DNA of 64,000 bases from Macrostomum lignano (GCA_002269645.1 NIVC01000201.1:682001-746000), one strand, 5' to 3'. Shown: positions 39,040 through 51,918, counted from the stretch's first letter. Notes: generated by a model from the sequence alone, not told the origin. Numbers and translations: made by a program.

Positions 39040-40610
39040 CAGCTGCCTTGAGCCACAACAGAAGCGAGGATTGATTATCCATCGCAGGTCAGCTTATAAA
39101 AGCTGCCTTGAGCCACACTAGAAGCGAGGATTGATTTCCATCGCAGGTCAGCTTATAAAAGCTGCCTTGAGTCCCAACAGAAGCGAGGGTTGATTATCCA
39201 TCGCAGGTCAGCTTATAAAAGCTGCCTTGAGCCACACTAGAAGCGAGGATTTATTTCCATCGCAGGTCAGCTTATAAAAGCTGCCTTGAGCCACACTAGA
39301 AGCGAGGATTGATTATCCATCGCAGGTCAGCTTATAAAAGCTGCCTTGAGCCACACTAGAAGCGAGGATTGATTATCCATCGCAGGTCAGCTTATAAAAG
39401 CTGCCTTGAGCCACACTAGAAGCGAGGATTGATTTCCATCGCAGGTCAGCTTATAAAAGCTGCCTTGAGTCCCAACAGAAGCGAGGATTGATTTCCATCG
39501 CAGGTCAGCTTATAAAAGCTGCCTTGAGCCACACTAGAAGCGAGGATTGATTTCCATCGCAGGTCAGCTTATAAAAGCTGCCTTGAGTCCCAACAGAAGC
39601 GAGGATTGATTTCCATCGCAGGTCAGCTTATAAAAGCTGCCTTGAGCCACACTAGAAGCGAGGATTGATTTCCATCGCAGGTCAGCTTATAAAAGCTGCC
39701 TTGAGCCACACTAGAAGCGAGGATTGATTTCCATCGCAGGTCAGCTTATAAAAGCTGCCTTGAGCCACACTAGAAGCGAGGATTGATTATCCATCGCAGG
39801 TCAGCTTATAAAAGCTGCCTTGAGCCACACTAGAAGCGAGGATTGATTATCCATCGCAGGTCAGCTTATAAAAGCTGCCTTGAGCCACACTAGAAGCGAG
39901 GATTGATTTCCATCGCAGGTCAGCTTATAAAAGCTGCCTTGAGTCCCAACAGAAGCGAGGATTGATTTCCATCGCAGGTCAGCTTATAAAAGCTGCCTTG
40001 AGCCACACTAGAAGCGAGGATTGATTTCCATCGCAGGTCAGCTTATAAAAGCTGCCTTGAGTCCCAACAGAAGCGAGGATTGATTTCCATCGCAGGTCAG
40101 CTTATAAAAGCTGCCTTGAGCCACACTAGAAGCGAGGATTGATTTCCATCGCAGGTCAGCTTATAAAAGCTGCCTTGAGCCACACTAGAAGCGAGGATTG
40201 ATTATCCATCGCGGTCAGCTTATAAAAGCTGCCTTGAGCCACACTAGAAGCGAGGATTGATTATCCATCGCAGGTCAGCTTATAAAAGCTGCCTTGAGCC
40301 ACACTAGAAGCGAGGATTGATTTCCATCGCAGGTCAGCTTATAAAAGCTGCCTTGAGTCCCAACAGAAGCGAGGGTTGATTATCCATCGCAGGTCAGCAT
40401 AGAAGCTGCCTTGAGTCCCAACAGAAGCGAGGGTTGATTATCCATCGCAGGTCAGCATAGAAGCTGCCTTGAGTCCCAACAGAAGCGAGGATTGATTATC
40501 CATCGCAGGTCAGCTTATAAAAGCTGCCTTGAGCCACACCAGAAGCGAGGATTTATTATCCATCGCAGGTGAGCATAGGAGCTGCCTTGAGCCACAACAG
40601 ACGCGAAGAC
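39040..40610. repeat. 59-60-bp tandem repeat (~26 units) inside the TIR element
   Basis: CCATCGCAGGTCAGCTTATAAAAGCTGCCTTGAGCCACACTAGAAGCGAGGATTGATT(A)T; each unit has a CAGCT-TATAAA-AGCTG hairpin. Confidence 0.96.
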
Positions 40611-41949
40611 CAGTCTTATCCATAACTTCATCGAGATTCGAGTCAATGGGAGCTGATTCCTGTGGATTTGCCGAATCACTTGGTCTAGATAACTGAGGAA
40701 TTCCGACTGAACTCCTGAAATCCCATTCAGAACATTTTCATTTGGAAAACCTGAAATTTGGGTCTACAATCAGAATTTAGCAGTGTTGAACAATGAAAAA
40801 ATTTGGAAAATGCAGCCGGAACAGCTTTCCTTTTTCCCGAACTTTTGCAGGATCACATTTCCGGAAAAAGGGGCTATTCCGGGCCAAAAATGCTGATCCG
40901 GGCTTTCACTTGGAAATCAATTAATAAATCGGGTCTGGATCACGTAATTCTGGAAAAAATTCTGGGTGAAAAGTACAACGGGGTCTTACAGACCGGATAA
41001 CACATCTTGATTGAAATCTTTTCCATTATCTGGTTTGCAAACCAGATTCGCATCATGTTATCCGGTAAATTTCAGATTCACACAGGTTTCTTACAGACTA
41101 GATGACACACAGTTATCTCGATTTAAATCTTGTACTGTTATCTGATTTTCAAACAAGATTCGCGCCATGTTATCCTGCGAATTTCAGATAACTCACCAGA
41201 TAACAGTCAAACAAGAAAACAAAAAATTACCTGGTGGCGAATCTTGTCGTGTAATCTGATTACTCAGCAAGATTTGGGCCATGTTATCTGGTGAAATTCA
41301 GATAACTCACCAGATAACAGACAAATCAGATAACACTAAAATTACCTGGTGACGAATCTGGTGGTTTCACCAGTTTCGCACCTCAAACAAGGAAATCGGT
41401 AGTGAATCTGACAAGATTCGCAAATTATCTTGTGGTGTTATCTGTTTTATTTACCAGAGGGAGACGATGCACGTGAAAATCGGCCAGGGAGCAAAGTCGC
41501 GGACTCGCGGCTCACCTGATACCCATAACTGAAAGTTAAACTGGTGGCCGGACGTGCCAATCGATTGGAAGATGGGCTCTTGACTGACCTCCACTGACCG
41601 CCTGACTCATCCTTGCAAACTAAGTAATAGCAAATAATCTATCACGCCCAGTAGCAACACCTTGATGTAGAATAACTTTAGAATATTGCTGCGTCTGTCT
41701 TGGTAGCTAAGAGGAAATCCACCCCCTCCAGCGGCAGGGAGTGACGTGTCTTAACATCTATAAAATAGACACGATCTCGGCCCACGAGCGAGCACTCTCG
41801 CGACTCTAGCTTTATCTCTGGACTCCGTTTAGCACGAAAAAGAATCCGGTGCGATCTCGATGGTGAGCCCTCTGACGCTCGGTTATAAAACTAAGAACAG
41901 CAATCCGCCAGACAAACTAACTAACGATGCCGAAGGCCAAGGAGGGTCT

Positions 41950-42750
41950 TACATAACCCAAGCCTGGAGATCTAAGCCAAAACTAGGGATCTGACCCAAA
42001 CATGGGGATTTGACCCAAGCCTGGAGATCTAAGCCAAAACTAGGGATCTGACCCAAACATGGGGATTTGACCCAAGCCTGGAGATCTAAGCCAAAATTAG
42101 GGATCTGACCCAAACATGGGGATCTGACCCAAACACGGGGATCTCTGACCCAAACATGGGGATCTGACCCAAACATGGGGATCTCTGACCCAAAACTGGG
42201 GATCTCTGACCCAAACCTGGGGATCTCTGGCCCAAACATGGGGATCTCTGACCCAAACATGGGGATCTCTGACCCAAACATGGGGATCTCTGGCCCAAAC
42301 ATGGGGATCTCTGACCCAAACATGGGGATCTCTGACCCAAACATGGGGATCTCTGACCCAAACATGGGGATCTCTGACCCAAACATGGGGATCTCTGGCC
42401 CAAACATGGGGATCTCTGACCCAAACATGGGGATCTCTGACCCAAACATGGGGATCTCTGGCCCAAACATGGGGATCTCTGACCCAAACATAGGGATCTG
42501 ACCCAAACATGGGGATCTCTGACCCAAACATGGGGATCTCTGACCCAAACATGGGGATCTGACCCAAACATGGGGATCTCTGACCCAAACATGGGGATCT
42601 GACCCAAACATGGGGATCTGACCCAAACATGGGGATCTGACCCAAACATGGGGATCTGACCCAAACATGGGGATCTGACCCAAACATGGGGATCTGACCC
42701 AAACATGGGGATCTGACCCAAAATGGGGATCTCTGACCTAAACCTGGGGA
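41950..42750. repeat. 20-22-bp minisatellite (ACCCAAACATGGGGATCT(CT)G)n with ~43-bp variants at the left end
   Basis: Directly visible. Confidence 0.95.
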
Positions 42751-43042
42751 TCCGAGACAAACATAGTGAATATAAGCCGCAAAACAAAAAGGCATCAGAA
42801 CGCGTGATAACAGCAGATATCTTAGCTTGAACTCCAACAAATTTTCCAGGGGCAACTGTACTCGTATGTAAGCAATATGCCGCCAACTAGTCGAAGAGCT
42901 GCTATATTTCTAAATTGCCAGATATGAGTAGTGCTTTTAACTGAAAGAAAAAACGTTAATGTTTTGTGAAATTTTATTTAAAATCAGGCAATTCTCCTAA
43001 ATTGCCTACTTCAAGTAGCACACACAGTAGTTTATTGACTGG

Positions 43043-46000
43043 TCAATCAGGCAGCTCCAGAGGCTGGTCATACGGCAGCAGGTCCGGGTGGTAGACGTCC
43101 TCCGGGTAGCCGCCCTCGGGCGCGTCCTCAGCGAAGTAGGTCGGCATCGGCGGCGGGTTGGCGTCCAGCGAGCGGCGAACGTCAAGCATCCAGGAGTCCA
43201 TGATCTGTCGACAGGGGTAAACAGAAAGAGTAACTATGCCTTTTGTTTCAATGTAAAATTCCTCGTCATCTGAAAACTGAAAAGCCGGATAAACGCAGGA
43301 GCCTGGGTGAACAGTGGCAGCAACTATCACTTGCACCAAGGGGTCGGCAAACTTTTTTACCTCCAGATAAAGAATCCAGCTCATGGCTTGCGGGCTAGAT
43401 GAGAGGGGAAAGGAGAGGGAATGCAAGATAAGAGATGAAAAGAGAGGGTAAAAGAGATGATAGTGAGAGAAAATATAGAAGATAAGAGGAGAGAAGAGGG
43501 CAGAGAGAGGAGAGGGGAGAGAGGATAGGGGAGAGGAGACTGAGTGAGGAGAGGAGAGAGAGGGAGAGAAGTGAGTGGAGAGAGGGAGAGAGGAGAGGGA
43601 GAAAGGCGAGAGGAGAGGAGAGAAGAGAGAGGAGAAAAGATAGGGAGAGAAGAGAGAGAGGAGAGAGGAGAGAGGAGAGAAGAGAGAGGAGAGAGGAGAG
43701 AAGAGAGAGGAGAGAGGAGAGAAGAGAGAGGAGAGAGGAGAGAAGAGAGAGGAGAGAGGAGAGAAGAGAGAGGAGAGAGGAGAGAAGAGAGAGGAGAAAA
43801 GATAGGGAGATTAGAGAGAGGAGAGAGGAGAGAGAAGAGAAGAGAGAGGAGAAAAGAGAGGGAGAGAAGAGAGTGGAGAGAGGGAGAGGAGAGGGAGAAA
43901 GGCGAGGCGAGAGGGAAAAGAGAAGAGGGGAGGGGAGAGAGGAGAGGAGAGAAGAGAGAGAGGAGAGGAGAGGGGAGAGAGGAGAGAAGAGAGAGGAGAG
44001 GAGGGGAGGGGAGAGGAAGAAATGTCTGGGTAAACAGCGGGAGCTTCCAGATTCGTTCGCCATCTAACCTGAGCAGCAGTTCTCACCTGACAATAGGAAT
44101 GCGGCGGCCCGGGAGTGAAGCCTTTGATGAACAGCAGCCGGTGCTTGGTGTTGACCCGCAGCACCGGCAGGGAGCGGGCCGCCCGGAACCGGTTGCCCAT
44201 GACGCCCGGCATTCGCTTGCCGCGGTAGATCGGCCCGCCGCCGCCGGCCGCGCTGCCCATCTTGCGGTGGAACTTCGTGCTGCCGTGTGCCGCAGGGCCG
44301 CCTTCCATCAGGTGGCGCTCCATGACGCCCTAGGGGGTTCGAATAGTTCGATGCTCATGCGGACACTAGGGACTTGGAGGCTCGGGTTGATAGCATCACC
44401 TTCGATTCAGTCATACTGATCCCAGATTCAGTCAGACTGACCCTAGATTTAGTCATTGTGACACTATATGCAGTCATACTGACCTTGGATTCAGTCATAC
44501 TGGCCCTAGATTCAGTCAGACTCACCCTAGATTCAGTCATACTGACCTTAGATTGTCATAACCGACACCAGATGGTCATACTGACACTAGATTCAGTCAT
44601 ACTGACCTTAGATTGTCATAACCGACACCAGATGGTCATACTGACACTAGATTCAGTCATACTGACCTTAGATTGTCATAACCGACACCAGATGGTCATA
44701 CTGACACTAGATTCAGTCATACTGACCTTAGATTGTCATAACCGACACCAGATGGTCATACTGACACTAGATTCGGTCATACTGACCTTAGATTGTCATA
44801 ACCGACACCAGATGGTCATACTGACACTAGATTCAGTCATACTGACCTTAGATTGTCATAACCGACACCAGATGGTCATACTGACACTAGATTCAGTCAT
44901 ACTGACCTTAGATTGTCATAACCGACACCAGATGGTCATACTGACACTAGATTCGGTCATACTGACCTTAGATTGTCATAACCGACACCAGATGGTCATA
45001 CTGACACTAGATTCGGTCATACTGACCTTAGATTGTCATAACCGACACCAGATGGTCATACTGACACTAGATTCGGTCATACTGACCTTAGATTGTCATA
45101 ACCGACACCAGATGGTCATACTGACACTAGATTCGGTCATACTGACCTTAGATTGTCATAACCGACACCAGATGGTCATACTGACACTAGATTCGGTCAT
45201 ACTGACCTTAGATTGTCATAACCGACACCAGATGGTCATACTGACACTAGATTCAGTCATACTGACCTTAGATTGTCATAACCGACACCAGATGGTCATA
45301 CTGACACTAGATTCGGTCATACTGACCTTAGATTGTCATAACCGACACCAGATGGTCATACTGACACTAGATTCGGTCATACTGACCTTAGATTGTCATA
45401 ACCGACACCAGATGGTCATACTGACACTAGATTCGGTCATACTGACCTTAGATTGTCATAACCGACACCAGATGGTCATACTGACACTAGATTCGGTCAG
45501 AGCGAACAAACTTAAGCCAAGCGACTCACCTGGAAGCCGCGATTGACTGTCCGGGCGACCACATCAACGCAGTCGCCCACGCGGAAGTGGTGCAGCCCCA
45601 GACAGGCCCCCGGCTGCAGAGCGGCATCCGGGCTGACCAGAAACCGGGAGATCTTCCGCATCGGCGGCAGGCCGGCCGCCTTGAAGATGCCGCACCACTG
45701 GGCGGTGAAGTTGGCGGGGTCGGCTGGCACGGCGCCAACAAGCTGGAGGCCCCAGCGCTGCTGGGTGAGCCAGCGGGGCAGGAAGCTTTGGTTCAGGCGG
45801 TAGGGCCGCATCTCACGCAGGGAGGCGTAGCTGCTCAGGGGCAGTGAGCAAAGCAGTGAGAGCATTGAGAACCTCGTGTTTCTGACTGACTATTGCCAAC
45901 AATTATCTCTAAATCCGTAAAAGAGAATCCCAGAAATCAATTAACTACAAGTGCAGACTGACAGCCTTAAACTCATCCATGTAATTCACAGAATCCTCAG

Positions 46001-47536
46001 ATCGCAAACTTCGAGTACATTCCTCAAATCCCCAAAACTGGAATCCTCAAACCCCCAAAACTGGAATCCTCAAACCCCTAAAACTGTAATTCTCAAATCC
46101 CCAAAACTGGAATCCTCAAATCCCTAAAACTGGGATCCTCAAATCCCCAAAACTGGGATCCTCAAATCCCCAAAACTGGGATCCTCAAATCCCTAAAACT
46201 GGGATTCTCAAATCCCTAAAACTGGAATCCTTAAATCCCTAAAACTGAAATCATTAAATCCCTAAAACTGGGATCCTCAAATCCCCAAAACTGGGATCCT
46301 CAAATCCCCAAAACTGGGATCCTCAAATCCCCAAAACTGGGATCCTCAAATCCCCAAACTGGGATTCTCAAATCCCTAAAACTGGAATCCTTAAATCCCT
46401 AAAACTGAAATCATTAAATCCCTAAAACTGGAATCCTTAAATCCCTAAAACTGAAATTAAATCCCTAAAACTGGAATCCTTAAATCCCTAAAACTGAAAT
46501 CATTAAATCCCTAAAACTGGGATCCTCAAATCCCCAAAACTGGGATCCTCAAATCCATAAAACTGGGATCCTCAAATCCCCAAAACTGGGATCCTCAAAT
46601 CCCCAAAACTGGGATCCTCAAATCCCCAAACTGGGATTCTCAAATCCCTAAAACTGGAATCCTTAAATCCCTAAAACTGAAATCATTAAATCCCTAAAAC
46701 TGGAACCCTTAAATCCCTAAAACTGAAATTAAATCCCTAAAACTGGAATCATTAAATCCCTAAGACTGGGATCCTCAAATCCCCAAAACTAGGATCTTCA
46801 AATCCCTAAAACTGGGATCCTCAAATCCCCAAAACTAGGATCTTCAAATCCCCAAAACTGGAATCCTCAAATCCCCAAACTGGGATTCTCAATCCCCAAA
46901 ATTGGGATCCTCAAATCCCAGAGTCGAATCTCAGAAACCGCAAGCTCCAATCCCACAAGCCCAAAGCAGAAGGCCCAATTCAACAAGGGAACAGGCCCGG
47001 ACAGCAGGCAGAAGTGCAACTCACTTTCCCAGATCCTCAGGCGGCACCCAGCGCAGCACCCGCTGGTCGGGAATCTGCACGACAGTCGTGTGCACCTTCT
47101 GGCCGTTGCGGTACCACATCGGCAGGATGCCCAGCTTGATGCCGACCAGGCCGCAGCGCTGGCTCACCCGAGGAGTCCACAGCGGCCTCGCCGCAGGCGG
47201 CTCCTTCAACGGGCTGGCGGCGGCGGCCGCCTCGCTGCTACTCGCAACGGCGTCCCGCACTCGCTGCAGGCGCCACTGCCGCAGCCAGTCGCGATTCTCC
47301 GGCGTCAGGTCGGCGTCCACCCGGCGCGCCTCAAACTGGCGAACCCAGTGCGGCTTCGGCTCGTCCTTCCACGGGTAGTCGATTTTGTACAGCCGGGTGG
47401 CCTTGCTGTAGGACCGGCAGCTGGGGACCAGGCGGAGCCACGTATGGGGCGCCGTTGCCATGGCGACAATCAGCTGGCTGCTCAAGGCTGGTGCGGAGGC
47501 CGCTGAAACCATGGACAGCGCTTGAGAACTAAACAT
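43043..47536 (-). CDS. MRPL3: Mitochondrial ribosomal protein L3 (uL3m), ~405 aa, 4 exons (47536-47025, 45830-45530, 44329-44087, 43204-43043)
   Basis: GLVGIKLGILPMW, HFRVGDCVDVVARTVNRGFQGVMERH, HGSTKFHRKMGS, GKRMPGVMGN, VLRVNTKHRLLFIKGFTPG, PMPTYF; junction phases 2/0/0 consistent. Confidence 0.95.
43400..44022. repeat. GA-rich intronic tract (MRPL3 intron 3)
   Basis: (GAGAGGAGAGAA)-type polypurine run. Confidence 0.9.
44400..45500. repeat. 60-bp intronic repeat (~16 units) preceded by ~21-bp monomers (MRPL3 intron 2)
   Basis: Consecutive 60-nt sequence lines are nearly identical from 44581 to 45480. Confidence 0.97.
46020..46925. repeat. ~23-bp intronic minisatellite (CTGGGATCCTCAAATCCCCAAAA)n (MRPL3 intron 1)
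   Basis: Directly visible. Confidence 0.95.
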
Positions 47537-47639
47537 GGCAATCAGGAAATTGAATATTGTGATCGGGTAAGGTATTTTAGCGTTTCGGGTCTTTTGAGAC
47601 TTTGGGACTTGTAGGACTTTAGCAAGATTCAAGATAGAA

Positions 47640-48178
47640 TGATGAGATTCAGGATGGGGATCATGAAATTCAGGATGGGGATCATGAGATTCAGGATGGG
47701 GGTTCATGAGATGCAGGATGGGGATCATGAGATTCAGGATGGGGATCATGAGATTCAGGATGGGGGTTCATGAGATGCAGGATGGGGATCATGAGATTCA
47801 GGATGGGGATCATAAGATTTAGGATGGGGATCATAAGCTTCAGGATGGGGATCATGAGATTCAGGATGGGGATCATGAAATTCAGAATGGGAATCGTGAG
47901 ATTCAGAATGGGGATCGTGAGATTCAGGATGGGGATTATAAGATTCAGGATGGGGATCATGAGATTCAGGATGGGGATCATAAGATTCAGGATGGGGATC
48001 AAAAGATTCAGGATGGGGATCATAAGATTTAGGATGGGGATCATGAGATTCAGGATGGGGATTATAAGATTCAGGATGGGGATCATGAGATTCAGGATGG
48101 GGATTATGAGATTCAGAATGGGGATCGTGAGATTCAGGATGGGGATCATAAGCTTCAGGATGGGGATTATGAGATTCA
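47640..48178. repeat. 21-bp minisatellite (GAGATTCAGGATGGGGATCAT)n between MRPS6 and MRPL3
   Basis: Directly visible. Confidence 0.95.
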
Positions 48179-48340
48179 GTTAGTAATTTTTAGAAAGAAC
48201 TGTGGCTCAGACAAGAAAAAAACAAAAAAGCAGAACTGTACCAGAGAAAAATTAGATTGCAAAATTTCTCAAATATATTAACAGTATAATAAAAGCAAAA
48301 CTCAAGCTATCCTACTCAAAGTAAGCTAAACAGCGCCCAT

Positions 48341-48745
48341 TCAATAATGCCTATAGCCTCGCTTAACAGCATAGGCCTGTTCAAAGTTCGGCTTGTCCTT
48401 CTCGCCGAACTTGCACTGCTCGCCAGTTGAGCAGGGCCGCACCCAGTCTGCCTCGGTTTTGTCGCACACGTGGCCGCGAATCATGAAAGGGTCGAGGCGC
48501 TGCAGCGGCCGCAGGCGGTCCTTCACCCCCGGCGGCGACTCGAAGTGCACCAGGAAGTAGTGCCCGATCAGCGGCTTGTCGCCCACGGGAGCCCGCATGT
48601 TCAGCGGCAGCCGGCGCTCGCCCAAGTTGTCAACGGAGCGAATGACGGCGCCGCAGCGCAGCAGGTGGCCGAGGTTGCTGCGGAGGCCCGCCGCCACGTC
48701 TGCGCGACTGGCGCACTTCAGGATCAGCGTCTGCTCGAAACCCGG
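48341..48745 (-). CDS. MRPS6: Mitochondrial ribosomal protein S6 (bS6m); frame opens at a splice acceptor and has no in-frame ATG
   Basis: PGFEQTLILK, GAVIRSVDNLGERRLP, GHYFLVHF, DPFMIRG match the bS6m pattern MPRYELALILK...GAIVRDLENLGERALP...GGYFLVDF...DVIRG; preceded by TTGCAG|. Confidence 0.9.
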   Translation of the reverse strand, partial: PGFEQTLILKCASRADVAAGLRSNLGHLLRCGAVIRSVDNLGERRLPLNMRAPVGDKPLIGHYFLVHFESPPGVKDRLRPLQRLDPFMIRGHVCDKTEADWVRPCSTGEQCKFGEKDKPNFEQAYAVKRGYRHY

Positions 48746-48756
48746 CTGCAATGGCG

Positions 48757-49675
48757 CGGAGTGATTTCACTCAGATTTCTTGCAATTGGAGTGACTTTAC
48801 CCTGATGGCTTGCAACTAGAGTGAATTCAATCTGATGCTTGTGATTGGAGTGACTACACTCTGATGTCTTGCAACTGGAGTGACTTCACCCTGATGGCTT
48901 GCAATTGGAGTGACTTTCACTCTGATGGCTTGCAACTGGAGTGAATTCACTCTGATGCTTGTGATTGGAGTGACTACACTCTGATGTCTTGCAACTGGAG
49001 TGACTTCACCCCGATGGCTTGCAATTGGAGTGACTTTCACTCTGATGGCTTGCAACTGGAGTGAATTCACTCTGATGCTTGTGATTGGAGTGACTTCACC
49101 CTGATGGCTTGCAATTGGAGTGACTTCACTCTGATGGCTTGCAATTTGAGTGAATTCACTCTGATGGCTTGCAATTTGAGTGAATTCACTCTGATGCTTG
49201 TGATTGGAGTGACTTCACCCTGATGGCTTGCAATTGGAGTGACTTCACTCTGATGGCTTGCAATTAGAGTGAAATTCACTCTGATGGCTTGCAATTTGAG
49301 TGAATTCACTCTGATGGCTTGCAATTGGAGTGACTTCACCCTGGTACTTGCGAATGGAGTGACTTCACTCTGATGGCTTGCAATTGGAGTGACTTCACTC
49401 TGATGACTGGCAATAGGAGTGACTTCACTCTGATGGCTTGCAATCGGAGTGAATTCACCCTGATGACTTGCAATTGGAGTGAATTCACTCTGATCTAGTA
49501 GCTTTGGAATAGGAGTGACTTCACTCTGATCTAGTAGCTTTGGAATAGGAGTGACTTCACTCTAATCTAGTAGTGTTAGAATAGGAGTGACTTCACTCTG
49601 ATCTAGTAGCTTTGGGATGGGAGTGACTTCACTCTGATCTAGTAGCTTTGGGATGGGAGTGACTTCACTCTGATG
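48757..49675. repeat. 29-30-bp minisatellite (TCTGATGGCTTGCAATTGGAGTGACTTCAC)n
   Basis: Directly visible; ends ~12 nt from the MRPS6 acceptor. Confidence 0.95.
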
Positions 49676-49711
49676 TCAATCCAATAATAATTATTAACAA
49701 ACAGGACTTAC

Positions 49712-49740
49712 CCGTCAGCCATTTCCCTACTTGCATCAAG
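49712..49740 (-). other. Candidate 29-nt mini-exon upstream of MRPS6
   Basis: TTATTTTTTATTTATTTTAG|CTTGATGCAAGTAGGGAAATGGCTGACGG|GTAAGT: strong acceptor and donor; as assembled it is frame-incompatible with MRPS6. Confidence 0.5.
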
Positions 49741-50281
49741 CTAAAATAAATAAAAAATAAGAACCTGATTGTAATGTTGACGCGAATAGCCGGGGTTTAT
49801 TGACAATATTTTCAGAGCCAATCGGCTAAAAGTTACTAACCAATTTACAAAAAAATTATTGAACCAGCGCATAAAAAATAAAACAACATGCGCACTTTTC
49901 GAGCTAGCATTGAGACCAGCTTATAAAGAGACACAAGAAAAGCTAAAAGTACTTTTGCCAAAGCGTGCAGGACAATAAAAATCAGCGGGCAGGAATAACA
50001 GTTATTAAAAACTTGCTTTGTAGAAATTTTGTGATAAAAATAGTTACAAAATACGCATGCAAAAACCGGACGCTGGCAGTAGTAAAATAAGTGCTGTGAC
50101 AGACGCAATTTCAAATTTCAGAATTTGTGCAACAAGAGCGATAAAGAAATGCAATTAAAATTGTACAAGTTTGACAAAGAGTTCGACACACAACTTTGAC
50201 TGGATAGTGAGTTGAGTACATATAATTATTGTTAGCTTGATAGAAAATAAACAGATATGGTAAATACACTACATACTTCGG

Positions 50282-51888
50282 CCAATTGGGTCATTGAGTC
50301 ACCTGATCATGCTATGTACTCTCATGGATGATTGGGCCGTTGAGTCACCTGATCCTGCTATGTAGTCTTGTGGATATTGGGCCATTGAGTCACCTGATCC
50401 TGCTATGTAGTCTTGTGGATATTGGGCCATTGAGTCACCTGATCCTGCTATGTAGTCTTGTGGATAATTGGGCCATTGAGTTACCTGATCACGCTATGTA
50501 CTCTTGTGGATAATTGGGCCATTGAGTCACCTGATCACGCTATGTAGTCTTGTGGATATTGGGCCATTGAGTTACCTGATCATGCTATGTACTCTTGTGG
50601 ATAATTGGGCCATTGAGTCACCTGATCATGCTATGTACTCTTGTGGATAATTGGGCCATTGAGTCACCTGATCACGCTATGTACTCTTGTGGATATTGGG
50701 CCATTGAGTCACCTGATCACGCTATGTACTCTTGTGGATAATTGGGCCATTGAGTTACCTGATCATGCTATGTACTCTTGTGGATGATTGGGCCATTGAG
50801 TCACCTGATCACGCTATGTACTCTTGTGGATAATTGGGCCATTGAGTCACCTGATCATGCTATGTACTCTTGTGGATGATTGGGCCATTGAGTCACCTGA
50901 TCACGCTATGTACTCTTGTGGATAATTGGGCCATTGAGTCACCTGATCACGCTATGTACTCTTGTGGATAATTGGGCCATTGAGTCACCTGATCACGCTA
51001 TGTACTCTCATGGATGATTGGGCCGTTGAGTTACCTGATCCTGCTATGTAGTCTTGTAGATATTGGGCCATTGAGTCACCTGATCCTGCTATGTAGTCTT
51101 GTGGATAATTGGGCCATTGAGTTACCTGATCACGCTATGTACTCTTGTGGATAATTGGGCCATTGAGTCACCTGATCACGCTATGTAGTCTTGTGGATAT
51201 TGGGCCATTGAGTTACCTGATCATGCTATGTACTCTTGTGGATAATTGGGCCATTGAGTCACCTGATCATGCTATGTACTCTTGTGGATAATTGGGCCAT
51301 TGAGTCACCTGATCACGCTATGTACTCTTGTGGATATTGGGCCATTGAGTCACCTGATCACGCTATGTACTCTTGTGGATAATTGGGCCATTGAGTTACC
51401 TGATCATGCTATGTACTCTTGTGGATGATTGGGCCATTGAGTCACCTGATCACGCTATGTACTCTTGTGGATAATTGGGCCATTGAGTCACCTGATCATG
51501 CTATGTACTCTTGTGGATGATTGGGCCATTGAGTCACCTGATCACGCTATGTACTCTTGTGGATAATTGGGCCATTGAGTCACCTGATCACGCTATGTAC
51601 TCTTGTGGATAATTGGGCCATTGAGTCACCTGATCACGCTATGTACTCTTGTGGATAATTGGGCCATTGAGTCACCTGATCACGCTATGTACTCTTGTGG
51701 ATGATTGGGCCATTGAGTCACCTGATCACGCTATGTACTCTTGTGGATAATTGGGCCATTGAGTCACCTGATCACGCTATGTACTCTTGTGGATAATTGG
51801 GCCATTGAGTCACCTGATCACGCTATGTACTCTTGTGGATGATTGGGCCATTGAGTCACCTGATCATGCTATGTACTCTTGTGGATAA
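50282..51888. repeat. 45-46-bp tandem repeat (~35 units) with a ~685-bp block duplication
   Basis: GGGCCATTGAGTCACCTGATCACGCTATGTACTCTTGTGGATAATT; rare variant CTCATGGATGATTGGGCCGTT recurs near 50320 and 51006. Confidence 0.95.
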
Positions 51889-51918
51889 TCTCAATGACCT
51901 TAAATGACCCCGCTCAGC

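Larger units (their letters stand above)
36335..41461. mobile_element. 5.1-kb non-autonomous TIR DNA transposon, CMC/EnSpm-like
   Basis: Left end AG|CCCTCTGGTAAATAAACCAGATAACACCACAAGATAA; right end TTATCTTGTGGTGTTATCTGTTTTATTTACCAGAGGG|AG; putative 2-bp TSD AG; subterminal GATAAC/GTTATC repeats at both ends; no transposase ORF. Confidence 0.75.

Noticed and set aside
41516-41620. Possible small exon with AG/GT boundaries joining across the TIR element to 36300-36106
   Set aside because: Splice signals are plausible, but no recognisable or convincingly coding product results.
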